Shown piece by piece: positions 27,381-41,993 of a stretch of DNA of 64,000 nt. Numbering within the stretch: position 1 is the stretch's first letter; every line of letters begins with the position of its first letter. The stretch lies in the NCBI GenBank assembly GCA_043228905.1, contig JBHGNT010000005.1, positions 8,060,001 through 8,124,000 on the forward strand, read 5' to 3'. The stretch is from Azolla caroliniana. Its lineage: Eukaryota; Plantae; Polypodiophyta. The notes beneath the pieces were generated by a model that saw only the letters and a program-made list of their open reading frames with translations, searched no databases and was not told the DNA's origin. The translations under genes were made by a program, and so were the position numbers.

Positions 27381-28262
27381 GCAACCGACTTCCATTCCCC
27401 ACCGAACGAAACCGGAGCCGTAACAAGCTCGACTTAATCCATTCGGATGTATGGGGACCAACACAAAACGTTAGTCTTTGCGGGAGTCGGTATTTCATCT
27501 CATTCATCGACGAATACAGTTGGCACACGTGGATCTACCTCATCGAGAAGAAAAGCGAAGTCTTCGACTGTTTCCGGAACCTTCAAAGCTTAGTCAAAAG
27601 GGAAACGGAGAGGACGATAAAGTGCCTGCGGTCGGATGGCAGAAAAGAATACTTTTCCGGCCAATTCAATAGTTATCTGCAGTAGAAGGGATTTTGGAGA
27701 GAATTCAATTGCAGGTACACACCGGAACAAAACAGTCTGGCCGAAAGAAAGAACTGATCGATTGTCGATGCAACAAGGGCAATGCAGGAGGAGAAGAGCA
27801 TGCCCAAGTTTTACTGGGCTGAGGTGGTCCGGACGGCCGTGTACATCCAAAACCGGATCAGAGACAAGGTGTCAGCAGAGGAGCTGTATTTCGGGCAGAA
27901 GCCGAAATTGAGACACCTTTGGATATTCAGTAGCATAGCATATGTGCATGTACTGGATGAGAAGTGGAGGAAGCTGGATCCGAAATCGGAGAAGTGCATA
28001 CTCGTCGGCAACTCACATGAATAGAAGGGGTATAAGTGTTATAACCCCCAAACTAAACAGGTACGAGTAAGTCGAGATGTCGAGTTTGATGAGTCGGCAT
28101 CATGGTACTCCCCACCAACTCCAACTCCCGACGAAGACTCGATTCCGGAAGATGAGGCTAGTGAACCCGAGGAGGTCCAGGAAGAAGATGAAGACTTCGG
28201 CACTCTAGAAGAGAGTCCGATCTCATTCCGACTAAGTGGACTGAATGAGCGGCTAAGTCAGG

Positions 28263-30211
28263 TGTTGATGGGTGGGGGGTGAAACCTAGAATGGCTTCAC
28301 CCCCCTCCCAAGGGGGTTATGATAGGGAGAGAGCTAGAGAGAGAGACAAATAGGAAATGACACAAAATGAGAGGGGAAAAATGTATATCCCATTACATGC
28401 CCCATTAGGGGTTTATATAGTACATAGTGTAATGGTTAATAATATGACCGTTACAAAAAGAAGACCGTTACTATCTTGTCACATGCACATAATTGTGCAT
28501 GTGCTCACATACTCATCTTCACATAATCATTTACTTTACACATACACATCCACCACATCATTACACATACCCTTATGCCTCCCCGTATATTCTTACGGGT
28601 AACACATGGCACGCCTGTGGGATAGTGCATTGGCACGGTGAACCCACTCGCCATGGCAACTCTTCTCGACCAAAACTCCATCGGTCGTCTCATTGGTCGG
28701 AAATCCCTCGATCGGATCACTGCTCTAAAATCGATAACTTCGATCGGAGCTTTGCTTGACTCGAACCTTCTCGTTCGGTAAGCACAAGTCGCGATTGGAT
28801 CATACACCAATCGGCTAGTTCAATGTGGCATGGGTCGTGAAATCGTGTTGTGCATTTGTGTATTATTGCTTTCATCATGTGAAGTGAGTCTTATATCTTT
28901 TACCCTTTGGTCTTAAAAATTTTTACCCTCAAATTTTTTGAAATTTTATTTTTGGCCCTTGTGTTTTCGAAATTCTGCATTCTGCCCTCCAAATTTTGAA
29001 ATCTCACGTCATGCCCTTGAGCTTTTGAAATTTCATCTTCTCTGCCCTTATGTTTTTTTTTTGAATGCCCCTCTCTTCTTGCTTCCATTCATATTTTCGC
29101 CTTTCATTTCTAGCGGATTGCGGCGGCAGCAATTTTATCATCTTTAATTGTATTTATCATGTTGTAAGCATAGTTCTCCAAAGAGTTTTTAGACTCCCCT
29201 TTCTTCTTGCTAGATCTACTGTTATCAGAATCTGATCAGAAGAGTGCAGCAATGGAATCGATTATCAAAAATTGGATGGGCATCTAGGGAGGGCAAGCAA
29301 GGAGGTTTCAAAGATGTTCTAAATAGTCCTAGAGTTCCTCTACAGTTTGTATTGATTGCACGAAGATGTTATCACAAGGATCGAATGCACGAGTGGCCTT
29401 AGCATCTTCACTAGGTGGATTTAGTCCTACATCTGATTTGGAAAGCACTGCAACATTATCATGATGACCCCTGACTTGATGATGGTGTTCCTCACAGTAA
29501 AGCCCGGGAAGCACATGATTGTCACCAACATATGATCATCATCATGGACACTCTGCTCATGGACACCATAGCCCTCCTTTGACTAAAGCATCATGCAAGA
29601 CCTCTGCAGTCGATTCGAACGAGAAGGCCGGATTCAGGAGCATCCACGCCCATTTAATCACCCTCATGAACCCCTTACTCCTTGCACAATCAGACATGCC
29701 GATGATTCTAGGTCCTTAGTGCTTCCATGGCAGTAGTGTGAGTCCTTGCTGCTCACATGGGGTTGTATCTCCTTGCTCACATGGAGTAGATGGTTCAACT
29801 TCTCCATCATCACGGAAGCTTTCGACTAAAGGAAGTTGGAAACGTCTTGTTGCCCTTATGCAAGTTCTCAGGTGTCATTTCCCTGCATGTTTCGTGCTCC
29901 TTGAACCACGCTCTCTTCATTTCCTTGGGCCCCTGGGACATCAGAGAGAGAGACAAATAGGAAATGACACAAAATGAGAGGGGAAAAATGTATATCCCAT
30001 TACATGCCCCATTAGGGGTTTATATAGTACATAGTGTAACGGTTAATAATATGACCGTTACAAAAAGAAGACTGTTACATTCTTGTCACATGCACATAAT
30101 TGTGCATGTGCTCACATACTCATCTTCACATACTCATTTACTTTACACATACACATCAACCACATCATTACACATACCCTTATGCCTCCCCGTACATTCT
30201 TACGGGTAACA
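28263..30211 (+). mobile_element. Non-autonomous tRNA-Arg-primed (Tat-like) LTR element nested in Copia-1
   Basis: LTR 28263-28604 (TGTTG...TAACA). Partial second LTR ~29943-30211. PBS-like TGGCACGCCTGTGGGA at 28607. Flanks TCAGG/TCGGG. No gag/pol motifs seen. Confidence 0.8.
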
Positions 30212-31472
30212 TCGGGATGACCAGTCGGATGAAGAACCAACGAGTAGTGGAGACTCTACCGTTCTCTCCCTGTGCAAGGAACCGATGAGATCGTTCACAT
30301 GAAAGAGAAGGAGAAGAAGAAGATGCTGGAATACGATACTGGCAGTGAAGGGTGATCGGAGCGGATCTGACCCCGGAAAGGAAGAAGGCGGATCTTCAGA
30401 AAGGAAGTCCGAACCGGCCAAGAAGGACCTCAAACCGGCTAACGAAAAGTTACGCCGCTCAATCCACCAGAAGAACCCCGTCCAGAGGTACGGATACAAT
30501 GAGTACATGGCGCATCACTATGTGTACATGACTAAGGTGGTGGAAGTACGTGAGCTGGAGAGCTACGTAGAAGCAACAAAAGATGCAAATTGGCGTGCTA
30601 CTATGGAGGAAGAAATGCGGGCACTAGATGCCAACGAGACATGGGACCTGATTGACCCACCCCGACACTGTAAACTGATTGGTTGCAAATGGGTGCACAA
30701 GGTAAAGTACAACGCCGACGGTTCGGTCAACCGATACAAGGCTTGATTAGTGGTGAAGGGATACACACAGACCCACGAAATCGACTACGATGAGACCTTC
30801 GCTCCAATAGTGAAGATGACGACGGTTTGTGTGGTACTAGCTATTGCTGCGACAAGGGGATGACATCTTCACCAAATGGACGTGAAGAATGCATTTCTTC
30901 AAGGTGATCTTGAAGAACAGGTCTATATGATCCAACCCCCCAGTTTCCAATCGGAAATGAACAAGTCGGTAGTGTATCGACTCAAGAAGTTGCTTTATAG
31001 TCTAAAGCAAGCCCCCCTAGCTTTGAATGCGAAGATCACACACCGGTTGCGTAAGATGGGGTTTGTGGCCTCTAAGTCCGACACTTCACTGTTCATTCGG
31101 CAAGGTCCGGACGGTCCGGTCTGTATCTTACTTTATGTAGATGATTTAGTCATCACCGGATCCGGTCTCAATGAAATTGGCCGAGTGAAGTCCCAATTGT
31201 CGGACACATTTGAAATGAAGGACCTAGGGGACCTTCATTATTTTCTTGGGATCAAGGTGATCCAGACCCCCGATGGCATATTGCTCTCACAAAGACACTA
31301 TGTGCTGAATATGCTTTACAAGTTTGGCATGACGGAAAGCCAATCGATCTCCACACCCCTGGACCGGAACTTGAATCTACGTCTTGACTCCAGCTCGGCC
31401 TACGATGAGAAACGGTTCCGACAAATTGTCGGAAGCCTCATATACTTGACAATCACTCGACCTGACATCAGT

Positions 31473-31712
31473 TACCCGGTCGGAGTGATTTGCTAGTTCA
31501 TGCAGAAGCCAATCGTCGAGCACCGTTAGTGCGCACACAGGATACTCCGGTATGTTAGCGACACGAAGGACCGAGGACTGTTATCCTGACACTACCCGGC
31601 CGGAGTGATCAGCCAGTTCATGCAGAAGCCGATCGTCAAGCATCGTTAGTGCGCACACAGGATACTCCGGTATGTTAGCGGCACGAAGGACTGGGCATTG
31701 TTATCCTGACAC
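31473..31712 (+). repeat. 120-bp tandem duplication in the Copia-1 RT/RNase H junction
   Basis: TACCCGG.CGGAGTGAT...GTTATCCTGACAC is repeated with period 120. Confidence 0.85.
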
Positions 31713-33101
31713 AGTATAGTTGGGGAGCTAGTCGGATACACAGATGCCGACTGGGCTGGTGATGCATCGGATCGTTGATCCACCTCCGGTTACATGTTTT
31801 ATCTTGGTAGCGTGACTGTTGCATGGAGCAGCAAAAAGCAGCCAACAGTGGCTCTGTTGAGCACTGAGGCTGAATACCGAGGTGTTATCATTGCCATCTG
31901 TGAAGCCATCTGGCTTCGGTGATTGCTGCAAGACCTCCGGATCGAGGTGCCGACTTTGATCCTGATTTATTGTGACAACGTAAGTAGCATACAACTCGCC
32001 AAGAACCCTATATTCCATGCTCGGACAAAGCACATAGAAGTGCATTATCACTTTGTTCGTGAGCGGGTCCTGAGCGGTGAAGTTGAACTTCGGTATGTTC
32101 ACACGGATCGGCAAGTTGCCGACATCTTCACCAAGCCGCTCGGATCGGACAAGTTGCAACATTTTTCGAAGATGCTCGGCGTTCAGCATCTCGATGTGCC
32201 GCACTTGAGGGGGAGAACAGGAACGAGAATGAATGGCATCAGACAAGGAGCCAGAGAGGAAGAAAGAACCATGGGGGGAGATAAGAAGAAAAAGGAAGCT
32301 GAGCCGATTGAAGGAGTCGGCACATCCTCACAAGTTGGAGCAAGCGGCAACGACGGTAGAGTCAAGAAGGATAGAGCCGACCGAAAGAAGGCCAAGACCT
32401 GGACGTGGTCCGATGTGGTGAAGGGCCTAAAAATGGAAGACGAGTTGGAGACTACCAACTCAGACAAGAGCTGGAATGAATCAGAGGAAGCCGATTTGGT
32501 TCAAGATTAGGAGAAGCCGGATCAACTAAAGGCCAACCGGACGAGAAGGCAACGGAAGTCGACACCGACACGGAGGAACCGATGGATCGACAAGCGCCAG
32601 AGTCATAACAATGAAGGAGTTGAAATGGGCCTGTTGTGCAGACAAAGCCAACCAAGGAGGTCGAGGTGCGCAGTACCGGACGGGTCGCGGGAAGCGAAAC
32701 CGGACTGGACGAGGAGCGCGAGCAAGGCGGGAGGACGTCAGAAGGAGCCGGAGGAAAGGACCGGCTACTGTAGACACTGACACCACGATCCGACCTCAAG
32801 TTGAGCTTGAGGGGGAGTGTTGAGCGAGCAAGCTCAACCGGATCCGGATCAGTGTTCGGATGATATCCGGAACTAGGAGCCGGATCAGATTGAAACCGGT
32901 AGGCCGTTAGAGGCCTACGGATCCAACCTGGTATGTACTACGTAGCATATTTTTGGGAGTTAGTGATAGTCGCTCATGTGAGCATTGAAGTATCTGTCAG
33001 TACTTTTGTCAGTCCTTTATGGACTTGTATAAAAGTGCTCTTTGAGCACATTCTATGTACAAAATATTGAGAGTATTATTTTGAATAGAGTTTTATGTTC
33101 T

Positions 33102-33155
<54 letters not shown>

Positions 33156-33719
33156 GTATGCTTATTTTCTGTGTGTTAAGCTTCCATTAAACCGTCTTCT
33201 CTTTACTGTTACTATCCGATAGAGTGGTTTGGCATAAGCTTCCGCATGCTAACTTTGACACATATCATATAATTAGGTGAAGACATTTATTAGTGGAGGA
33301 AGTCTTTTATTAGACAACATGGGTTTAAACAACCTATTTGAGGCTCTTCTATTTATAACCCCCAAAATTGTGACTAGCAATAGGATACAGAATTCCTCAA
33401 ACTTTTTGAGTAAGAACCTAATATCATGTTTGACCCTAGAGCAACAAGATAAAGCTAGTTTGGATGGCCTATATATATTGGTTGTTTTGATCAACACTAA
33501 TTGAAGGATTGGCCTAATGTCACATTTGCTCTCATTGGGGATGGTGAGAAAGTTAGCAACTATAATTAACTTGGTCAAGAAAAAAACTAGAAGGAACGTG
33601 GCAAATGTGTATTAAATATTATCATTTGAAGAAAGTGGCTATAAAAAAAATTTATATTCATTCTTGCATGCCAACAATTTGATTTATTGTTTGCATGAAG
33701 CTCTAACAAAATTTATCTA

Positions 33720-34520
33720 CAAAATGGCTACAATGAAATGATATGTGCTACTAGGATATTTCTAAAATTGCATTTTGTACATAGTATGGACATTATGACT
33801 TTTTAGCCGGTACCATTTGTGTTGACTAATTCTTTGGCCACTTTTCAACAAGAAATTCACAACACTTTTCAAGATCAACTTGGTCATTTAGTCATCATGT
33901 TCTAAGATAGTATTCACATTTATAGTCATAAGCATAATGTGGATGAACATTAGACTCATGTTTTTCTGTCTTGCAAACATTTTGAGACAAATATCTTTAT
34001 TCCAAAATGTTGAAATGTGACTTTTTCAAAGAATCAATTATTTATTTGGGACGTTTAACTACGATTAGGGTGAGCAAATTCATATTTTTTGGATAGAGAA
34101 AGTAAAACATTTCATGCCTATTCTTCATAATGTCTAACCATTCCAAGGTTTTGTTAATTTTTTGAGCAAATCTCTTTCGCATTATTTGGTAGTTGACTAC
34201 ACGTTGATATTTCAAAACATTGAAATGATAAGTCTACTAAACTATGTCCCCCGATTTATCATTTACAAAAATAGTTTTACCATTTTCAAGGAACATGCAT
34301 GCATTGCTCAAGCACTTTATTTGCTTGACACTTCGAAAATTTTTGAGGTTAAAACTAACAATAAACATTAAGTTAAGTGCACACTTTGATTTCGGGGAGA
34401 AAGTGTGAACTCAACTCAGTTGCACACTTGAGGCTTTTTACATGATTTTTTCCCCAAAATGTTTCTCTCTACAATGTTGAAGAAAGTGCAACCCCCACAA
34501 TCATTCTAATCGCTCCTGTG
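33720..34520 (+). pseudogene. Highly decayed Ty3/Gypsy RT remnant
   Basis: Broken translation resembles YGHYEF..PFGLTN.PATFQ ... FQDQLG..V....D.I.IYS ... LY.K..KC.F. No intact ORF. Confidence 0.55.
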
Positions 34521-37387
34521 TTGTTGCTTGAATCACTCCTAGATTATTCTCTAGGTGCGAAGGTTCTTACATATTATAAAGCATGGTTTTTGAAAACATG
34601 TTTTCTGAAAATGTAATTGTAATAGAAATTTGTGAAGGCTTTTACAAAAGTTTTGTTGATGCTTTTGTTTGCTATTAATTGGCCCCTCTATTATAAGAAA
34701 TCAAGCTTCTATTAGGGCATTTGGCTTGTGCATCCAATTAGATTGCACTTATTGTGCATTTTGCTTGTGCATGTAATTAAAATATACTCCATTGGTATTA
34801 AAATTAAAGTGGCCAGAGGCAATATACAAAGTAGTCCAATATTACAATGAATATTGTAAAGTCGTGCCAAACTACCTTAGCCAATATTTCTAGGTAAAGA
34901 TAAGTAAGAAAAAACACCTAACCAATCTTTATAGGTAAAGAAAGTACAACGAAGCCATACCATTCTCCAAATCAGTAAGATGAAGAAGAGCGTTGTTTGT
35001 TTTAAAAACAAATGTACATATCGAAGTATTTTTGTAAGTACTAGGTAGAGTGTTTAATAGGTATTTTCAATGTCCCAAGAAAAGAAGGGAATAAAAGTGT
35101 GTGATGAGAGAGAGAATCGAGGGGAGGATCACAAATAGAAAACAACTGTCATTAATGTTGATGTAACCGACCCGCCTTGAACTATAAAGGGAGGGAGGGA
35201 AGACAGTTTTGGGGGAATCCATCGTTCTGGAGGAGAAGACAATGTTGGTTTGCTCTCTCAGTTGTTGATTTTCTGTTATGTTATGTGCTAGTTCGAATAA
35301 ACAGGTGTGAGGCCTCTGTTCGCATAGGAAGCATGTGTGCTCCCGACTAGAGGCTCACCAGTCGGTGTGTGTGTGTGTGTGTGTGTGTGTGTTGAGCTCG
35401 AGGCTCTGTCACTGGCCAAGTCCGGTTGTATTCATTCTTTGTTTAATCAAATATTGGGTTTGTTGTATCTGGGTACTTTTGTGTTCCCTGCTCTTGTCTT
35501 GTGTTGTGTCCGTATTCGCGTCCTATCTGTTGTTTCCGGGGAAGCGTCCTATCTGTTGTTCTCCTCCGCTATTTTGTGCTTACTCCTCGTGTTTGAGAGC
35601 CCATGTGCTCAACTTGTGGAATTCATCGACAACGTTGGATCGGATACAGGTCCTACGGGCCCCTGTGCTTACTACAGAAATACGACAACGAGTCGGATAA
35701 CCGTTGCACGCTAAACAACCTCTCTCCCTCCGACTCCCTAGTCCAAGACCCCTATGGTCCCGCCCAATCAACCACGTGCACACGGAATACCGTGACATAT
35801 TTGGTGAATCTGATGTGAAAAGGGTGGCAAAGGAGTCCTAGGATGAGAGGGGGTGAGCTTGTAGAAGCAATGGCGGACGTCGTGGACCTCCTTGTGAATG
35901 CCCGAGAGAGCTCGTCGGGGCTCAATAGAGCCATCGAAACGATAGTCAGCACAACGGGCTGATTCAAAGGAAGATATGTGACAAGCTACTTGGAGTCCTA
36001 CAAGGCCGAAATGTTGATGCAGGATATTTTGGAGGACAGGCAGTTGTCTGGATTTCCCTGAGTTATTGCCGAGCATCCAAGCTGAGGTGCTCAAGATTCA
36101 GGCCGACTGTCGTAATTGGTCGGATCTTGAGGAGCAACTCCTCGAAAGGTACGACTTTGACGACTCACTCCAGTTGTAAAAAAAGGGAGCTCATGGATTG
36201 GGTCGAGCTCCCCCGGAAAGTGAAGGAAAAGGAGTTTGAGAAGCGATTTACGTGACTATCGGTGCTGGATCGGACAGTGCTCGGCACAAGCAAAGTCCTC
36301 CTTTTTATCAAATTGGTTGATCCGCTCGATTGGGAGAAGGTTGGTCTCCTCTTGGAGACAGACGAAGGGCTCACGACCGATTGGGGCATGGTTAAAAGGG
36401 TTTGCATTCGTTTCGACAAGCGGTGCGAATGGAATGACGAGGGAACGTCGACGGCCGGCCCGACTTCTGGGAGGATGACAAGAGAGGTGCCGATTCAGTT
36501 AGATGAGACCAGAAGACGGTTCAAGTTGGGCCCGATTCTGACAAACGTGGTCGATGGGCCGTCAGGAGGCACGCCACTAGAGGAATTGACAAAGATGGTG
36601 CGTGACCTCCAAATTGCTTAGGCTCGAAGGAATGGCAGGGGTCAATTGCGTGCTTGGCGCCCACCCAATGACCTTAGGTGTATGTGATGCGATGGTGTTG
36701 GCCACATTTGGAGAGATTGCGCTGACCTCGCCGAGGTGCTAAGGAACAACATGGTCACCGGGTGAAGCGATCCGGTAGAGGAAAGGACAAGCTTCATAGA
36801 AGTTGCTTGCTAGAATTATGAAGTTCTAGTTGAAGACAAACGGGACAGAAAGGATGGAGGGGCAGGCCCTTCGGGGAGGTACGACACTAGGAGTGGGCAA
36901 AAAAGGGGTGAAGCCACCAGCCCGCAGGAGAAGGCGAAAGAGAAGTTTCTGATCTTCCGATTGAGCTCAGAGATAGAGAAGACAATGGACCTACGGAAGG
37001 TCTTAGAGGAGTAAATCCTTGATAGTCGAGTGGAACTCACCTTGAGAGAGGTGCTGGGCATTGTCAAGAAGGAGTTCCATGAAACGATCCTTCATGAAGA
37101 GAAAGCGGATCTTGACTGAGCCAAAGAGTGAGAAGTCGGTTGAGGTAAAGGCGGCCCATATCGACAAGGTGGTGGTGGAAGAGGAGTTGTCGGACAACCA
37201 CTACATGCGGCCACATTGGGTGAGGGCAACAACGGAGACCCCGGTTCGGATCGGGGATGTGAAGGAACCGGTGGTGGTATTGATCGACCATTGATTGGAG
37301 ATCAACTTGATGTCCATGGACTTCTACAAGAAGGGAAAGTGGCTGATCAACACGAAGCACGAATGGAAGATACGCGTGGCGACACGC

Positions 37388-38205
37388 TGTCACGGATATT
37401 CGGGGGTTTGTGTTGAAACGGGGTGAAACCACCGGGGTCTCGGACCAGTGAGCCGGTGTGAGAAGAAGGTTGTCTGGAATGGTTTCCAGACACGTATTCG
37501 CTCTGGATCGGTGGCGGGATGCCGGATAGTGAGCACACGGGCTCAACATCGAATACTATTCCGGATTGGTTGCCAAATAGCGGCAAAGAGCTCACGGGCT
37601 CACATACTCGGATACGCACACACAAACGAAAACAGAACGGAGATAAGCACATGGGGATGCACAAAACATGGAGAGACTAAGTAAATAAATGATTAACAAA
37701 GAACACAAAGTACAACCGGTCATGGCCAGTAGCAGAGCTTTGAGCCCTACACACACACAAACCCACAAAACGATAGGCCTTTGGTCGGGCACTCATGGGC
37801 TTCCTACACAAGCAGAGGACTCCACCTTCTTCCCGAAAACAAACATAGAGCAGAAAAACGACCTAGCTCGGATCTCAAACCGGAAACACTTTGTTCTCCA
37901 AAACAATGGATACCCAAAATAGTTCAAAGCTTCCCCTTTTATAGCACAAGGCGAGTCTGTTACATCACGTTTAAGATAGCCGATTTTGTCACTGATTCTC
38001 CCTCGGTTTCCTCCCCACACATGCTTTATTCTTCTCTTTTGGTGGGACATTAAAGTACCCATCAAATCCTACTACCTAGTACTTAGTAGTCCTACGTTAT
38101 TTACACATTTTTGTACATAAAGACAACTTCGTCTGCATCTGTGCACACCCTCGTTCCCATGCTCTTCGGCTCCCTTTCTCCTAGTAGCTGGAACTCCCCG
38201 CGACA
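37388..38205 (-). mobile_element. Solo LTR of the tRNA-Trp Gypsy family inserted in the element A protease
   Basis: Minus strand runs TGTCGCGGGGAGTTCCAGC...TGTAACAGACTCGCCTTGTGCTATAAAAGGGG...TATCCGTGACA. Protease codons (VATR|ATKELHG) rejoin across it. Confidence 0.85.
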
Positions 38206-40033
38206 CCGTGCTACAAAGGAGCTTCACGGTGCCTGCCCGAATGTTGGGGTGAAGGTTGGTGACGTTGAGATTGACCAACATTTCTTTGTGCAGGAGTCAT
38301 CCTCCCACCTGGTCATACTCGGCGAACCATATATCACGGCGGCTCGTATGGAGACAAAAGTGTTGGAGTACAGTTTAGCGTACGTAAGTGTAAAGAGCCT
38401 AGACGGTCGACACTCCGTCCAATTCTTGACGGTTTGGCCAAACCACGAGCGGAACAAGGACTCTCTCGGAGGTGAGGGCTAGGAGGATTTTTGAAGAGGG
38501 CTATCAAGGCGTGGGGCCGCGATAGTCCAAACAACTAGTGAATACCCCACACTTGTAAATTAAGTAGGAAATTTTGGCTCTCTGACAACGGAGTTTGTAC
38601 AGTAACCGGCATCATCGGCTGGGAGAAAAGACAAGTTGAGAGGTAATTGACAGCATGCGGAACCTTGGGACCCGATGACAATATTAGCGATGTTGTGGAG
38701 GCGGTCTCACTCGATGACACCTTCGGGGAAATCGAGAAGGTAGAGGGAGATCAGAGAGAAGACCAAACGATTCCGGTCAACTCGTTCGAAATGTATGAGG
38801 TCATCGCAGAGTTTAGATGGATGGTCGGGGTGGGTCGGACTGCCCACGTAGACACCAAGTACAAGACCGTGCACCAGAAGGTGAGGCCAGTCGCGACACC
38901 CTTACCGGAGGACAATTGGGAACGGATGAAGGGGGTTGCAACCGACCCAAGTTTACGAGACCCACGCGGCATATGGCACCGGTTCACTTGGGAGACGCTA
39001 CGAAAGCTCAAAATCGGTGGGGGTGGCCTCCTATTGCATGTGGAGGAGGATCCTACTACCTAGTACTTAGTAGTCCTACGTTATTTACACATGTTTGTAC
39101 ATAAAGACAAGTTCGTGTGCATCTATGCACACCCTCGTTCCCATGCTCTCCGGCTCCCTTTCTCCTAGTAGCTGGAACTCCCCACGACACCGTGCTACAA
39201 AGGAGCTTCACGGTGCCTGCCCGAATGTCGGGGTGAAGGTTGGTGACATTGAGATTGACCAACATTTCTTTGTGCAGGAGTCATCCTCCCACCTGGTCAT
39301 ACTCGGTGAACCATATATCACGGTGGCTCGTATGGTGACAAAAGTGTTGGACTACAGTTTAGCGTACGCAAGTGTAAAGAGCCTAGACGGTCGACACTCC
39401 GTCCAATTCTTGACGGTTCGGCCGAACCATGAGCGGAACAAGAACTCTCTCGGAGGTGAGGGCTGGGAGGATTTTTGAAGAGGGCTATCAAGGCATGGGG
39501 CTGCGATAGTCCAAACAACCGGCCAATACCCCACACTTGTAAATTAGGTAGGAAATTTTGGCTCTCTGACAATGGAGTTTGTACAGTAATCGGCATCATC
39601 GGCTGGGACAAAAGACAAGTTGAGAGGTAATTGACGACATGCGGAACCTTGGGACCTGATGACAGCATTAGCGACGTTGTGGAGGCGGTCTCACTCGATG
39701 ACACCTTCGGGGAAATCGAGAAGGTAGAGGGAGATAAGAGAGAAGACCAAACGATTCTGGTCAACTCGTTCGAAATGTATGAGGTCATCGCGGAGTTTAG
39801 ATGGATGGTCGGGGTGGGTCGGACTACCCACGTAGACACCAAGTACAAGACCGTGAACCGGAAGGTGAGGCCAGTCGCGACACCCTTACCGGAGGACAAT
39901 TGAGAACGGATGAAGGGGGTTGCAACTGACCCAAGTATACGAGACCCACGCAGTATAGGGCACCGGTTCACCTGGGAGACGTTACGGAAGCTCAAAATCG
40001 GTGGGGGTGGCCTCCTATTGCACGTGGAGGAGG
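38066..40033 (+). repeat. 984-bp tandem duplication (solo-LTR end + protease + frameshift site + RT start)
   Basis: Units 38066-39049 and 39050-40033. Paired ORFs 38111/39095 and 38647/39631 are offset by 984. Confidence 0.92.
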
Positions 40034-41993
40034 ACCGGTTTTAGAGGATGATCGAAAGACATGGGACTCGGGCTTTCGCATCCTCGTTGGAGGAAATCGG
40101 GTTTCAGAGGATGATCGAAAGACATGGGAGGGCATTCGTATTCTCGTTGGAGGAAGTTGGGTGCATCGACTTGACCATTGTCGAGCCAATGGTAATATTC
40201 ACGGACCACGGTACCGCAGGTACCATGGAACCTGAAGCCATGACAGTGCCGAGAGCTCACATTCGGAAGTTGATGGAGTTGGTCAAGGAGAAGGTCGAGA
40301 TGGGGATCCTCGAACCATCGAGTGCCCCGTATTCGAATCCGTGGTTCACAGATTCATACAAGACGTTTAACCAATCAACAAGGTGACAATTCGGAATGCA
40401 GGGGTCGGGTCGACCATTGACGAGTTTGTAGAAGCCCTTTGCCAAAAGATCGGTCTATTCAGTTGGCGACTTGTACTCAGTGTATGACCAGTTCCAACTA
40501 ACCATCGAAAGTAGGGACATCACGACGATGCAGATCCCTCTCAGCTTAGTTAGGATGTGCACCCTGCGATAGGGAGGGACGAATTCAGTGGCGCACATTG
40601 TGAATGCTGTTGTGGGGAATTCCAGCCACAAGGAGAAACTTAGCCGGATGCATGTGCAAGGATGCACATGAACATGGACCAATGTACAACGACATGTAAA
40701 TATAGTTATAGTATTTATAAGTATTAGTTAGAGTAGTTAATGGGTACTTTAATGTCTCATAGAAAGAGAGGAATAATAGGATATGATGTGAAAGAGAATC
40801 AAGGAAGAATCGTTGAAAGAAAATGGTTGCCATGATGATGATGGTTATCCTGGGCTGGACTTAGCCACAAACACAAGGTGTCCGATTCAGAACACTTCTC
40901 AAAAGGGGTGGTTAGGATATGGATGTTATCCAGTGCTTATCCGATTCCGATCCGGCTATTTCTGGATACTTTCCGAATTACTCATTAAATATAACACACG
41001 TAAGATTAATTCTTAAAGCACAAAATGACCAGTACACAATAGGAACAATAGCATTAAGATCAACGCATTAATCTCGTATTACTTCTGTCCCCTTTTATAC
41101 ATCGATCCAGACCCTTTTATAGGCATCCGATAGAGGTTACAAAACGGTTCCTTACCGGCTACTGGCAATCAATTGGTGTGGATCCGGAGGTACAACTATC
41201 CAGATCCATCTGTTCCTATAAAATTACTTAAGTAAGACATCCTAATAATTATACCCTAACTTGGTCCCATTCATATTACTCCTCCAGAACATACTCCTAG
41301 GCCAACACATGGCACGTTGTCGTGTGAATCTTCTCACACTATGTCAAAAAATAAATAATAAAATAAGTACTTTATATTAGCTTAATGACATGTTATAGAA
41401 AGATGGATGTTTGAGAAGATAGGGAAAATAGAACTTTGATTTATCCCACATAGATAGGAAACTTCAAGCTCTTGCTATATAAGCACATTGAGATCCCTTA
41501 TTTTTCATTTGTGCTAAGAGCACTTTAGCCACTTTATCTAGATAGATGAATGTGGCCAAGTTACCAAAAAACCAAACTGGAACCGGCAAGAAAGCTAACT
41601 GGAACTGGCTAGAAAGCTAACCGGATTCGACCGGTAAGCAAACCGGTGTCGTAGTGTATTTCGTACAGTACGTGAAAAACTTATAAAGTACCGATTTAAT
41701 AAATATGAATAAATAGTAGAAAATATTAAAATATACATAACATGCATAGGGCAAGATTTGAACCTTGCACCTCCATGTTAATAATGTGAAACCTTACCAT
41801 TACGCTAGCATTTCATTTGTGTTAAAAAGTAGATATTCCACATACAAAGCTAAGTTCACCTAGGATAAACTTTAGTTAGAAGAAAATGCATGCTAAAAGA
41901 AAAAGAAACTACGCATGCACCTCTAGCATGTATGAACACTATAGTTTATAAAAAACGCACAAGTTAGAAAAAGCATGATCACTTTATATAAAG

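Larger units (their letters stand above)
24962..33260 (+). mobile_element. Ty1/Copia LTR retrotransposon (Copia-1), degenerate, with nested insertions
   Basis: 5' LTR 24962-25430 and 3' LTR 32818-33260 (TG...CA, each with a CT microsatellite). TSD CATAT. PBS TGGTATTAGAGC (tRNA-iMet type) at 25431. PPT 32807-32817. Gag CCHC, WYVDSGASNHMT protease, HSDVWGP integrase, MDVKNAFL/YVDD RT, HARTKHIEVHYHF RNase H. Many stops. Confidence 0.95.

Noticed and set aside
35162-35200. TGTAAC + TATA as the 5' end of an LTR (also 50417, 37964, 53928)
   Set aside because: Comparison of copies shows this motif is internal. True termini are TGTCRYG...CRYGACA.
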